This document shows, piece after piece, positions 1 through 9,953 of a DNA stretch of 38,028 nt. How positions within the stretch are numbered: the first letter of the stretch is position 1; each line of letters starts with the position of its first letter. Under the pieces are notes generated by a model that saw only the letters and a program-made list of their open reading frames with translations, ran no database searches and was not told the origin of the DNA. A program made the position numbers and the translations under genes. The stretch is from sequence record SRR31156797_2537. The stretch is one strand, 5' to 3'.

Positions 1-265
1 GGCAAAATTGGCAATTGCAGGATTTAGGTTTTAATAATTATTAAACTCTAGGTTTCCCATCAGGAATTTGCTTCTACTCTATTTATGGAAAAATATGGCA
101 ACTGCCTTAAATGAAAATAACTTACTGATGTTGCCGACAAATGACAAAAAAACAAAACCGTACATGTCCTTTTCCTCAACTCATTATTATGATGGTATTA
201 TTTAACATCGACCTCAGCGTCTTTATATAGTTAAAAAAGATTGTTCCTTGCACCAATAGTACGAC

Positions 266-1156
266 ATGCACGCCCCCTTTTATCAACAATTTAGGGAATA
301 TTTATTGGTTCACCTTATTGATCTCAAAAAAGTAATTAAAAGCTCAGGAGCGCTGCTTACCTTACCGGATATCTGTCTCCAGCTCAAACGGCTAGCTGAC
401 GACCCGAATTCGTCTGCCGCTGACCTGTCGGCACTGATTGTCAAAGACCCTACCCTCACAGCAAGGTTACTCAAACTGGTTAACAGTTCTCTCTACTATT
501 TCCCCAAAAAAATTTCTTCTCTTTCCCAGGCCATCGCTCTCGTTGGCACAAAACAGCTCTACACACTGGCGATTGCAACTTCAGCTGCGGCAATCGTCCG
601 CGCAGTGGGAGGGGGCTACATAGAACTAAGAACCCTTTGGAAACATTCAGTCTATTCTGCATTAATTGCTCAGGACATAGCGGGTCAAAGAAACAACAAT
701 AAAGAGAGCCTTTTTGTTGCAGGTCTGCTTTGTAACATAGGTATTCTCGCTGTGGTTAAATACGCCCCTGAGATTGCGATGAGTGCCATTGACCCGCTAA
801 ATAAAAGCCAACTTCCCTGGAAGCGGGAAAAAGAAGTGCTTGGTTTCTCCATGGCAGAAGCGAGTGCCAGCCTTCTCGATGCGTGGAACTTACCTGATGA
901 GATCTTAGCCCCCATAAGGTATCAACATACACCAATCAATGCACAAGAACATACATTGTCCAGCTGTATACTCCACATCGCCACTAGACTTGCATCAGAT
1001 ATGCTCAGGGCAGAAAAGGGACAAGATCAAAAGTTTATGAAAACAATTGAGGAATATTCTTTAACGACAACCGGCCTCTCGCAAGAAGATGTGGAAGCAG
1101 TAATCGCAAAAACAAATGAATCCGGACCAGAAATGCTGAGTATCTTTACTCTCTAA
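266..1156 (+). CDS. HDOD domain signal-transduction protein
   Basis: HDOD hallmarks: 'TLP', 'DPTLTARLLKLVNSS', 'ISSLSQAIALVG', 'LWKHS', 'AWNLP...IRYQH'. True start may be the TTG at 305 (AGGGA upstream). Confidence 0.9.
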   Translation: MHAPFYQQFREYLLVHLIDLKKVIKSSGALLTLPDICLQLKRLADDPNSSAADLSALIVKDPTLTARLLKLVNSSLYYFPKKISSLSQAIALVGTKQLYTLAIATSAAAIVRAVGGGYIELRTLWKHSVYSALIAQDIAGQRNNNKESLFVAGLLCNIGILAVVKYAPEIAMSAIDPLNKSQLPWKREKEVLGFSMAEASASLLDAWNLPDEILAPIRYQHTPINAQEHTLSSCILHIATRLASDMLRAEKGQDQKFMKTIEEYSLTTTGLSQEDVEAVIAKTNESGPEMLSIFTL

Positions 1157-1172
1157 GAAGAAGGCAAGTACG

Positions 1173-2693
1173 ATGGATGAACTGATTTTAAAAGATGAAG
1201 AAAAGATAACCAGCAGCACCGAACTCTATGCACCTTGGAAGGTTCTTGTTGTAGATGACGAAGAAGGGGTTCACCAGGTAACAACACTCACTCTCAAGGA
1301 CTTCACTTTCGACAACAGGGAGCTGACCCTGTTCCACGCTTATTCCGCTGAAGAAGCCCTCGCTCTCCTCCAACAACATCCAGACATCGCCATTATTTTA
1401 CTCGACGTCGTCATGGAATCGGAACATGCGGGCCTTAATCTCGTCAAAAAAATACGTAAAGACCTGGGCAACTCAAATGTCAGAATAGTACTAAGAACAG
1501 GGCAGCCAGGCCAAGCACCAGAAAGGGAAGTCATTCAAAATTTTGATATTAATGACTACAAAACAAAAACGGAACTGACAGCTAACAAACTGTTCACCCT
1601 GATGTACTCCACTCTAAGGGCATACAGGGACATCATTACCCTGGAAAAAAGTAGAAAAGGCCTGGAAAAACTTATTGTTGCCTCCAGGGGAATTTCTTCA
1701 AGAAGTGCTCTTGCTGAATTTATCCGTGTCACCGTTGAGCAACTTGCAAACCTTCTCAACATTGAAGATACAACCATTTTTTCCTGCAAGGCTGAAGGGT
1801 ATGTCCTCGTTGACCAGTGCTTAGAAGTCTATTCTCCCAAAAACCCATTAGGAATATATTGTATTAACCTCAAAGATCTACCTGCAGGTAAAAAGAAGAT
1901 AATGTTGGCCGCGATAGAGAAACAGCAAAACATCTTTGCCAAAGACAAATTTGTTATGTATTGCGCCGATTTCAATCACGTCGTACTGTTTTTTGCCCAG
2001 ATCAATCAGCCCCTTTCAGACCTTGATATTCGGCTCCTTAATATTTTCACAGAGAACCTTATAGTCACCCTTGAAAACATACACCTTAATGAATCCATAA
2101 CAGGCAGCCAAAAAGAGATGATCTACCGGCTGGGCGAGGTGGTGGAATCCCGCTCTAATGAAACAGGGCAACATGTCAAACGAGTAGCCCACTACTCTGA
2201 ACTGCTCGCCCTGCTGGTTGGGCTAGACAAGTGCAAGGCAGAACTCATCAAAACCGCCTCCCCCATGCATGACATTGGTAAAATAGCAATCCCGGATGCC
2301 ATCCTCACTAAACCCGGCAAACTTGACAGAGACGAGTGGGAAATAATGATGACCCACACAGTCCGCGGCCATGAGATATTAGAACACTCAACTCTGATGG
2401 TGATGAACTTAAGTGCCATTATAGCCCTGACCCACCATGAGAAATGGAACGGCACCGGTTATCCGAAAGGCCTTAAGGGTGATGACATCCACATATATGG
2501 TCGAATTACAGCCATTGCAGATGTATTCGATGCTCTTGGCAGTGAACGCTGCTATAAAAAAGCCTGGCCGCTGGATGAAACCCTTGAGCTCTTTAAAAAA
2601 GAACGGGGGAAACATTTTGATCCGTTATTGACAGATTTGTTCCTGAAAAACCTTGATCAATTCCTCGCGATTCGCGACAAGTTTGCAGATTAG
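1173..2693 (+). CDS. Response regulator with REC, DUF3369-like middle domain and HD-GYP c-di-GMP phosphodiesterase domain
   Basis: REC 'VLVVDDE...LLDVVM...TGQPG'; C-terminal 'MHDIGK', 'HHEKWNGTGYP', 'ADVFDAL'. Confidence 0.92.
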   Translation: MDELILKDEEKITSSTELYAPWKVLVVDDEEGVHQVTTLTLKDFTFDNRELTLFHAYSAEEALALLQQHPDIAIILLDVVMESEHAGLNLVKKIRKDLGNSNVRIVLRTGQPGQAPEREVIQNFDINDYKTKTELTANKLFTLMYSTLRAYRDIITLEKSRKGLEKLIVASRGISSRSALAEFIRVTVEQLANLLNIEDTTIFSCKAEGYVLVDQCLEVYSPKNPLGIYCINLKDLPAGKKKIMLAAIEKQQNIFAKDKFVMYCADFNHVVLFFAQINQPLSDLDIRLLNIFTENLIVTLENIHLNESITGSQKEMIYRLGEVVESRSNETGQHVKRVAHYSELLALLVGLDKCKAELIKTASPMHDIGKIAIPDAILTKPGKLDRDEWEIMMTHTVRGHEILEHSTLMVMNLSAIIALTHHEKWNGTGYPKGLKGDDIHIYGRITAIADVFDALGSERCYKKAWPLDETLELFKKERGKHFDPLLTDLFLKNLDQFLAIRDKFAD

Positions 2694-2761
2694 CCCTAAC
2701 TCAAACAGCATTCTCGTTTTCACCACCACTACTATTGCAGTGTACATACCTTGAGGCCGAA

Positions 2762-3994
2762 ATGATAGAACTCCACAAGAGAGAACAACCACTGGTACTC
2801 ACTATTGACGATGAAATATCTATCCGAGAATGTTTTTCTGACATACTGGAAGACAGTGGTTACTCCGTCATTAAGGCTGAAAATGGCAAAATAGGCTTGG
2901 AAATGGTTGAAAAACACCGTCCTGATGTCATCTTATGTGATATGAGGATGCCAGAGGTTGATGGCATTGAAGTTGTACGCACGGTTCGCGAAAAGTACTC
3001 AGAAATACCCATCATAGTCATCTCAGGAGCTGGCGTTTTAGGAGATGCAATTGAAGCTGTGCGTGAAGGTGCTTGGGACTATCTTGTTAAACCTCTCTTT
3101 AACCTGAAGACCCTCCTACAGGCAGTAGAAAAAGTTTTAGAGCGGGCACGACTCATAGCAGAAAACAAAGAGTACCAAAAAAGCCTGGAAAGACAGACAA
3201 AAGAGCTGCAACGGGAAATTCAGGACCGCAAAAAAGCAGAAAAAAAACTTATTCAATCCGAAAAAATGGCAGCCCTTGGTGACCTTGTTGCAGGGGTAGC
3301 ACACGAGATAAATACCCCAATCGGAATCGGTGTTACCGGTATTTCCTATCTCAGTGATACAACAACAACTTTTCAAAAACTCTTTGATAGCGGAGAAGCC
3401 AAAAAAAGTGACCTCGAAAAATTTCTTACCGACTGCAAAGAAGCCTGTCAGGTTACCTTAACCAATTTACATCGTGCGGCCCAGCTAGTAACCGGTTTTA
3501 AACAGATTGCTGTAGATCAAAGCAGTGATGAAAAACGTATCTTTGATGTTAAAAACTATATTGAAGAGGTTCTCTTTAGTCTCCACCCAAAAACTAAAAA
3601 AAACCAACACACTATCACCGTCGACTGCCCAGATAAACTGACTGTCGACAGCTTCCCTGGCGCCATTTCCCAAATTTTAACAAATCTCATCATGAACTCA
3701 CTGCTCCATGGGTTTGAAACTATCAAAGAGGGGCAAATTACAATTGCGGTGGAAACAGATGAGACATCGCTCACCCTTCGCTACTCCGATAATGGTAAGG
3801 GGATGACCCCGGAACAGAAACAAAGGATATTTGACCCTTTCTACACGACCAAACGAGGAAGCGGTGGCACAGGACTGGGAATGCACCTGGTGTATAACCT
3901 TGTACACGAAAAATTAGGCGGGGAAATTGAATGTGAGAGTACCCTGAACAAAGGTACATTCATTTCCATACACATTCCCAACATCATAAAATAA
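2762..3994 (+). CDS. Hybrid sensor histidine kinase (N-terminal REC, HisKA, HATPase)
   Basis: REC 'TIDDE...LCDMRMP'; H-box 'GVAHEINTP'; N-box 'NLIMNS'; G-boxes 'DNGKGM', 'FDPFYTT', 'GTGLG'. ATG 2762 preferred over TTG 2735. Confidence 0.92.
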   Translation: MIELHKREQPLVLTIDDEISIRECFSDILEDSGYSVIKAENGKIGLEMVEKHRPDVILCDMRMPEVDGIEVVRTVREKYSEIPIIVISGAGVLGDAIEAVREGAWDYLVKPLFNLKTLLQAVEKVLERARLIAENKEYQKSLERQTKELQREIQDRKKAEKKLIQSEKMAALGDLVAGVAHEINTPIGIGVTGISYLSDTTTTFQKLFDSGEAKKSDLEKFLTDCKEACQVTLTNLHRAAQLVTGFKQIAVDQSSDEKRIFDVKNYIEEVLFSLHPKTKKNQHTITVDCPDKLTVDSFPGAISQILTNLIMNSLLHGFETIKEGQITIAVETDETSLTLRYSDNGKGMTPEQKQRIFDPFYTTKRGSGGTGLGMHLVYNLVHEKLGGEIECESTLNKGTFISIHIPNIIK

Positions 3995-4020
3995 CAAGCA
4001 CCTACACAGCAGTCGTCAAA

Positions 4021-4224
4021 ATGTGGGGTGCGCAAGGTGTTGCCACTACTTATGGTTGGCTCTTTCCAGCAAATATTCCTGGTGCTGCTGCCCCCAGCAT
4101 AGCAGCATTTTACTACAATAAAACAGGTTCTTTCACTTTAGCGCTATGGAGCATTGCGCTCCTGATTCTGTTAGCCATTGTTTTACTGCAATGGAAACAA
4201 GCACTCTTCTTCAAGCAAGAATGA
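4021..4224 (+). pseudogene. C-terminal remnant of an MFS (OFA-like) transporter
   Basis: 'WGAQGVATTYGWLFPANIPGAAAPSIAAFYYNKTGSFTLAL' resembles the last two TM helices of MFS permeases (pattern FG...G..YG.......G....P..AG...D.TGSY). No room for the remaining helices. Confidence 0.6.
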
Positions 4225-4447
4225 AATCAACTGAGGTGGTCAAAAGACAGACACCTTAAAGGGTGGGAAAATCTTTGTAAGAAAAAATGGGCAGCTCAAA
4301 TTAAACCTGACAGATATTGCTAAAAAACAGGTGCCTGTCAGGTCAAGTCTGAGCTCAGACCATTTAACCAGTACAAAAATCGCAATCCGAAAGCGCCGGT
4401 ATTAATAAATAGCGCTATCGAGAATCCTCCGTTTTCCGTAATAAAAT

Positions 4448-5020
4448 CTATATGTCGTCTAAGGAGTAGTCATCACCAAAAATCTTCTTGCCGATGTCCA
4501 GCCTGAACTCCTCGGAGGGCAGTTCTGATTCTTCTCCCGGCCAGATTATTGCTTTACTGATGCACCGCTTTGAATCAGCCCCTCCATCATCCCGACATAT
4601 ACTACACTCATAATCTTCTTCCACCTTCTTGCCGGACACCATTATCATCTCTCCCATGGGTTTACCCTCTTTGGATACCGCGCATGCCCTTATGCATCCG
4701 CAATCCAGTTCAAACAGCACCGTGGCAATTGCCTCGGGACTCGTTTTGCCCATGTACGCCATAATACCATCAATGGCCCTGTTTCTTGCATCTTCGACTT
4801 CCTTTAAATGTGCATTAACCTCTTCAATATATGCTTTTCCGCTCTTTGTGGAAAACGCCGCTTCTGCATCCCGGGCGATCCGTTTTTTCATCTCCTCCTG
4901 AATCTTGGCGGCATTCCACTTTGGATGTTGTTTTTTGAGCGCATCAGCCTGATGCTGCCATTTTTTTATTAACTCTTTGGACTTGCTGTCGATCTCTAAT
5001 CCCTCATTCCCCTCTTTCAT
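4448..5020 (-). CDS. Hypothetical protein, Cys-rich C-terminal half (possible metal binding)
   Basis: 190-aa ORF with GGAG RBS; motifs 'DCGCIRAC' and 'CSIC'. No family recognised. Confidence 0.65.
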   Translation of the reverse strand: MKEGNEGLEIDSKSKELIKKWQHQADALKKQHPKWNAAKIQEEMKKRIARDAEAAFSTKSGKAYIEEVNAHLKEVEDARNRAIDGIMAYMGKTSPEAIATVLFELDCGCIRACAVSKEGKPMGEMIMVSGKKVEEDYECSICRDDGGADSKRCISKAIIWPGEESELPSEEFRLDIGKKIFGDDYSLDDI

Positions 5021-5445
5021 AACTCTCCGTTCCTAGCCTGTCTAATGTATTTACGCTGCCAACTATCGTTTTTTGCAGTAGTATGAAAACCTTTAGCTAT
5101 CAGCAGAATATCGCTTATTTATCATCGCCCCCGATACTTGCCTAAACAGGTCCCTCTTCTACGACCCTGAACTCCACTGCAGTGAAACACAGCTCAAAAT
5201 ATTGAAAAATCATCTTACTGCTTTGTTTTTTAAGGTCAACCTCTCTCTATTAAATTTAAGCTGACGCTCTCTTCCATAGGGCTATGTGAATAAGCTTGGT
5301 ACGAATATTCTCTGGAAGAATCTCAGAATATTTAACAAAAATATTGGCAGAAAAGCTGAAGCAGTCTTAATGAAGACATACGGACAAAAAGTTTTTTTAC
5401 CCACAAAAACAGGACGAAATAAAAGAAGCAACAAGGAGAAGACCT

Positions 5446-5865
5446 ATGAAAAAACTTATCCTCATCACTTTTTCCCTTTTATTTACAACATCTAATCTCG
5501 CCGCACTCACCATTGAAACTGCAACAAAACGGAATACTATCTACCAAAAACCAATAAGTATTCAAAGATCATTTGGAAAACTACGTTCAACAGGAGAATA
5601 TGGGATTTATGTATATGTTACAGTGAAGAGCGATGATAACGAAAGAAGCCTTGATACACTTTTTTTCCGCTTAAACAGTACCGTAGAAAAAAGGGATAAT
5701 TTTCTCCAAACGACAATTGATGGCAAAACAATTATCCTTGCCGAAAAAAAATGGTATGGATGGAAAAGTGCTGCTGGGGTGGTAATCAAATACAGAGTAG
5801 ATGGTAGCTCCTCTTATACAGTTGATGCCTGGCTTGAGATTGAAGACGCTCTCCTCAGCCAATGA
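5446..5865 (+). CDS. Hypothetical exported protein
   Basis: AAGGAG RBS; Sec-type signal peptide 'MKKLILITFSLLFTTSNLAA'. Confidence 0.75.
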   Translation: MKKLILITFSLLFTTSNLAALTIETATKRNTIYQKPISIQRSFGKLRSTGEYGIYVYVTVKSDDNERSLDTLFFRLNSTVEKRDNFLQTTIDGKTIILAEKKWYGWKSAAGVVIKYRVDGSSSYTVDAWLEIEDALLSQ

Positions 5866-5884
5866 AAGCAATAGCCTTGCCTAA

Positions 5885-5914
5885 GGCACAATGAAAATCA
5901 ACAATCATTGTGCC
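5885..5914. terminator. Stem-loop between convergent genes
   Basis: Perfect 10-bp inverted repeat GGCACAATGA / TCATTGTGCC. Confidence 0.55.
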
Positions 5915-5974
5915 AGGAGCCAATCTTTCTAAAAAGCAAATCCCTCAACGTATATTACTCAGGAAAGTATTTCT

Positions 5975-7171
5975 CTAAGCAGAAGCTTCACAAGATCTGC
6001 CACCCTTTTCCACATCTAGAATAAAGCGGCTCGGGTCCACGCTCAACATCATATCAAGTTCACCTTCATTTTCCGGAGAAACCTCAAAAAAAGCAAAGGC
6101 GTACAGTGGAAATGTTCGATAGTCCATTTTGCGCAGTGTAATAAGTGAACTGAAAATCTTTTCAAATTCTGCGTAGTCAAAAATCTGATCATTGGTAAGC
6201 GGCTCAGCCCGCTCGATCACGCCCATGGCAAAGATTTCAGACTCTTTTCCTTTTAGAAGACTATTCCAGTCTGGCCGTGTTTTCTTTGTAAAATGTTCAT
6301 AGACATTCAAGCCATATCCATAATAAGCGATATCTGTTGAACACCATCCGGCAAAACGTAAAGGATTAATCTCAATGGGTCGGACCTGTCCCTTTTTATC
6401 AATTCTGATTTCAGCATGAACTGGAAGCCCTTTGTAGTCACCAAGTGCTGCAATATCTGTAAGGAATTTTTCAACAGAGTCCAGCCTTTCTTCAATAATC
6501 TTCGCAGAGGTGACATAGAGCCGGTCGCTCATATCCTGCTCGCCTTTGAAACGGTGGTGAAGAATGTTGAGAACAACGGGCTTGTTGTCATCATCAAAGT
6601 AGGCGTCAACAGCATACTCGTCCCCTTCGATGATAGACTCAACAACAAATGTATCGCTGCTCAACACCTCTCCAGGAAAAGCACGGGCGGTCGCTTCTGT
6701 AACCTGACATATCTCAGCCTGAACCACTTCCCACTCTTTCGGGTTGTTAACCCGGTACACCCCAGCACTGATAAAACCTACATTTGGCTTTATGATAAAA
6801 GGCCCGCCTACACTTTCAAAAGTCAACGCAGAGATCTCCTGTGCCGATACTTGACGGAAAGTGACGTCAGGAAAAAGGACTGAGGTAGCTTCTCTGAACT
6901 TTGATTTATCCTTAAACACATCAATCTTTTTCGCCAGAACCGAATCGGCACCAAAGGTCTCTGTTATCCAAGATATTGCATTTTCACTATTGCTGTATAG
7001 CCACTTGAAATTTTCTTTTTCCAGATATAGAGCAGCCTCTGATGGTGGAATTAAATTAGCCTCAGAAGAGATAGATTTACGAGCAAAATCATTTGCCAGC
7101 AGCGGCATTTGGGACTCAACAAGAAATTTTTCTGCCACATCTGAGATATACGGTTCGTCTATAATAAACAT
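5975..7171 (-). CDS. ATP-grasp domain protein (putative carboxylate-amine ligase)
   Basis: 'DK..FRE', 'FIIKPNVGFISAGV', 'VVESIIEGDEYAVD', 'HAEIR', 'IEINPLRFAG'. Confidence 0.85.
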   Translation of the reverse strand: MFIIDEPYISDVAEKFLVESQMPLLANDFARKSISSEANLIPPSEAALYLEKENFKWLYSNSENAISWITETFGADSVLAKKIDVFKDKSKFREATSVLFPDVTFRQVSAQEISALTFESVGGPFIIKPNVGFISAGVYRVNNPKEWEVVQAEICQVTEATARAFPGEVLSSDTFVVESIIEGDEYAVDAYFDDDNKPVVLNILHHRFKGEQDMSDRLYVTSAKIIEERLDSVEKFLTDIAALGDYKGLPVHAEIRIDKKGQVRPIEINPLRFAGWCSTDIAYYGYGLNVYEHFTKKTRPDWNSLLKGKESEIFAMGVIERAEPLTNDQIFDYAEFEKIFSSLITLRKMDYRTFPLYAFAFFEVSPENEGELDMMLSVDPSRFILDVEKGGRSCEASA

Positions 7172-7243
7172 ATCCTATTTGCCGTTTGTTGTAGGGAGGG
7201 TGCTGTAGAAAAGTACTCCTCGTGTTACTTTTTCGGTGTCAGT

Positions 7244-8515
7244 CTACAGCTGTTCAAGGGCTTGGGAGAAATCAGCTATGATGTCATCGATACCCTCAAT
7301 CCCCACAGAGACCCTTATCAACTCAGGCAAAACCCCAGCCTTAATTTGATCTTCTTCACTGAGCTGACGGTGAGTCATGCTGGCAGGGTGAAGAACGCCG
7401 GTTCTCACGTCAGCCACATGGACAACTCGTTCAGCTAACTGCAGTGCATCCATCACTCGTTCTGCAGCCGCACTGCCCCCTTCTACACCGAAGGTTAAGA
7501 CACCGCTTCCCGCCTTCATATATTTTACACAGAGAGCATAGTTAGGATCACTTTCAAGACGAGGATATTTTACCCAGGTGACCTTTTCATGATCTTCTAA
7601 ATACTCTGCCAGCTTCAGTGCATTGTCACTATGTCTTTCCATACGCAGGTGCAGAGTTTCCAACCCCTTGTTGGAGAGAAAAGCATTCTGCGGACTCATA
7701 TAACAGCCTACGTCACGCACCCATTGCACTCTTGCTTTGACGATATAGGCACTTGTACCAAAGGTATCAACATAACTCAGGCCATGGTACGATTCGTCTG
7801 GCTCAGTCATGCCGGGAAACTTGCCGTTTGCCCAGTTAAAAGTTCCGCCATCCACAATCACTCCGCCAACACTTGTGGCGTGGCCATCCACGTACTTTGT
7901 TGTTGAGTGAACGACAATATCAGCACCAAGTTGGAGAGGATTGCAGAGATAAGGGGTAGGAAAGGTATTATCCACGATAAATGGTACCTCCATATCTTTT
8001 GCGATTGCTGAAAATTTTTCGAAATTCAGCATATCTGTACCCGGATTTGACAAGCTCTCACCAAACAGAAGTTTGGTATTGGGCTGAAAGGACTGTTTCA
8101 CCTCTTCAGGAGAGGCTTCGGGAGAGACAAAAGTTACCTCAACCCCAAGCTTTTTCATCGTATGCTTAAAAAGATTAAACGTTCCGCCATACAGTGTTGA
8201 AAGGGCAACAAAATGATCACCAGCCTCACAAATATTGAGAACCGAAAGAGTAGATGCGGTCTGCCCGGAAGAGAGCGCAAGGGCTCCTACGCCACCTTCA
8301 AGTGCCGCCATCTTGTTCTCAAACACTTCAACCGTAGGGTTGCTGATCCTGGAATACATATGGCCGGGTGCCTTTAAATCAAAAAGATCCGCAATGGCTT
8401 GACAGCTATCATATTTGTAGGTGGTACTTTGTACAATGGGGTTAACACGTGGTTCTCCGTTCTTAGGCGAATAGCCGCTCTGGACGGCCTTTGTCTCTAC
8501 ACTCCAATCTTTCAT
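7244..8515 (-). CDS. metY: O-acetylhomoserine aminocarboxypropyltransferase / cysteine synthase (PLP, Cys/Met metabolism family)
   Basis: 'YSRISNPT', 'SSGQTA', 'VDNTF', PLP lysine 'HSTTKY', 'HPASMTHRQL', 'IRVSVGIE'. Confidence 0.9.
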   Translation of the reverse strand: MKDWSVETKAVQSGYSPKNGEPRVNPIVQSTTYKYDSCQAIADLFDLKAPGHMYSRISNPTVEVFENKMAALEGGVGALALSSGQTASTLSVLNICEAGDHFVALSTLYGGTFNLFKHTMKKLGVEVTFVSPEASPEEVKQSFQPNTKLLFGESLSNPGTDMLNFEKFSAIAKDMEVPFIVDNTFPTPYLCNPLQLGADIVVHSTTKYVDGHATSVGGVIVDGGTFNWANGKFPGMTEPDESYHGLSYVDTFGTSAYIVKARVQWVRDVGCYMSPQNAFLSNKGLETLHLRMERHSDNALKLAEYLEDHEKVTWVKYPRLESDPNYALCVKYMKAGSGVLTFGVEGGSAAAERVMDALQLAERVVHVADVRTGVLHPASMTHRQLSEEDQIKAGVLPELIRVSVGIEGIDDIIADFSQALEQL

Positions 8516-8713
8516 TATTCTAACCTCATTGTAAAAAACTCTATAAATACCACCTAGCGTGGTTCATCGGGAACAGGTCTACCCAGATTTCGTTTCCATG
8601 AACAATTTGACACAATGTCCATGAGCAACCCGCTCTTTCAACAGTTGTGATTGACAAAATAATACTGATAATGAATAAACAAAAGTTAAACATTATAAAA
8701 CACAGGTTAAGCC

Positions 8714-9628
8714 ATGCTTAAAACAGTTGACTTAAACAAGTTGAAAGTTTTCTACTACATTTTCACCTACAACAGTATCAGCGGTGCCGCAAAAGAACTC
8801 AACGTTACGCCCTCTGCAATCAGTCAGAATTTGAAAAACCTGGAGGGAGAGATAAATGCACGCCTCTTTACCCGAATTCACAAAAAACTTATTCCAACAG
8901 CAGAGGCAAAAGCACTCATTCATATTCTGGAACCTTTTTTCTTTGAGCTGGAAGAGGGGTTGAAAAATTTCATTCATGGCAAAAAAACGCCTTACGGAAC
9001 GCTGCACCTGGGCGCTCCTGTTGAGTTTGGCAAAACGTATCTGCCACAGATAATCAGTCAATTCAGAAAGGAATATCCGGACGTTATCTTTTCGCTCACC
9101 TTGGGGAACCAAGAGACCCTTCTGGGAATGATAACTGCAGGAGAATTGGACTTTGCTATTGTGGATCTCTTTCTCAAACAAAAATCGTATGTTAACAATA
9201 TCGACCAGTACCATGTTGAGGCGATCACAGATGAAGAAATCATCCTTGCCTGTTCAAAATCATATTACCATCAGTATATCAAAGACGACCTCTCTCTGGA
9301 AAATCTTCTCAGCCAGAACTATATTTCTTACGATCATAACTTCCTTGCTATAAACGGCTGGTTTAAGCATCATTTTGGTAAACAATCGGTGAAGATTAAT
9401 GCAGTGCTAACGGTAGATAGTATTCAAGCAGTCCTGGGGGCAATTGAAAATGATATTGGCCTAGGTGTTATCACCTCAAATCAGATGCATACAGGAGGTA
9501 TCCTTCCCATAACCACCAGCAAGAAAGAAATAGTCAATACGATTTCGTTGATTCAACTAAAGGATAAATTTCCCACCTTTACCGAGAAAACATTTCAGAA
9601 TTTCCTTAAAACAGCACTGCAAGCGTAA
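8714..9628 (+). CDS. LysR family transcriptional regulator
   Basis: N-terminal HTH 'SISGAAKELNVTPSAISQNLKNLE...LFTR'; about 300 aa; divergent from metY. Confidence 0.93.
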   Translation: MLKTVDLNKLKVFYYIFTYNSISGAAKELNVTPSAISQNLKNLEGEINARLFTRIHKKLIPTAEAKALIHILEPFFFELEEGLKNFIHGKKTPYGTLHLGAPVEFGKTYLPQIISQFRKEYPDVIFSLTLGNQETLLGMITAGELDFAIVDLFLKQKSYVNNIDQYHVEAITDEEIILACSKSYYHQYIKDDLSLENLLSQNYISYDHNFLAINGWFKHHFGKQSVKINAVLTVDSIQAVLGAIENDIGLGVITSNQMHTGGILPITTSKKEIVNTISLIQLKDKFPTFTEKTFQNFLKTALQA

Positions 9629-9786
9629 ATGCAGAAAAAGCACTCTAGCACACCCCTATTTAACATGCAAATACAGAACCTTACACAACAACAACCAGTA
9701 CTAATGGTTAAGCCCTTTTCACCTTGGGTATCTATTAAATTTGTATAATTTTACTGCCCATTGCACATACAATACCCAGCCGCTCA

Positions 9787-9815
9787 TTGACAGGTGCCAC
9801 CTTGCTACTTAGCTT
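9787..9815 (+). promoter_or_regulatory. Putative sigma70 promoter upstream of gloA
   Basis: TTGACA (9787-9792), 17-nt spacer, TAGCTT (9810-9815). Confidence 0.45.
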
Positions 9816-9953
9816 GAGCGAATATCCAAGGGAACCTGCTCAAGAGATTTTTTGCATCTTCCGGGTGATGTATTATTTTGTATAGTTATAAGGTATGCGA
9901 GATTAAGCCCCCAGGGCCTCAGCATGAAATATTTTTTTAAGCGGAAAAGGTAA

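Noticed and set aside
5286-5495. 69-aa ORF overlapping the exported-protein gene
   Set aside because: Low-complexity Lys-rich translation of an A-rich promoter region; overlaps a better-supported CDS.
8516-8713. SAM-I riboswitch upstream of metY (minus strand has CCCGATGAA inside a hairpin)
   Set aside because: No ATC-AGAG P1/J1-2 or GCAACC core in the right order; only a simple hairpin is supported.
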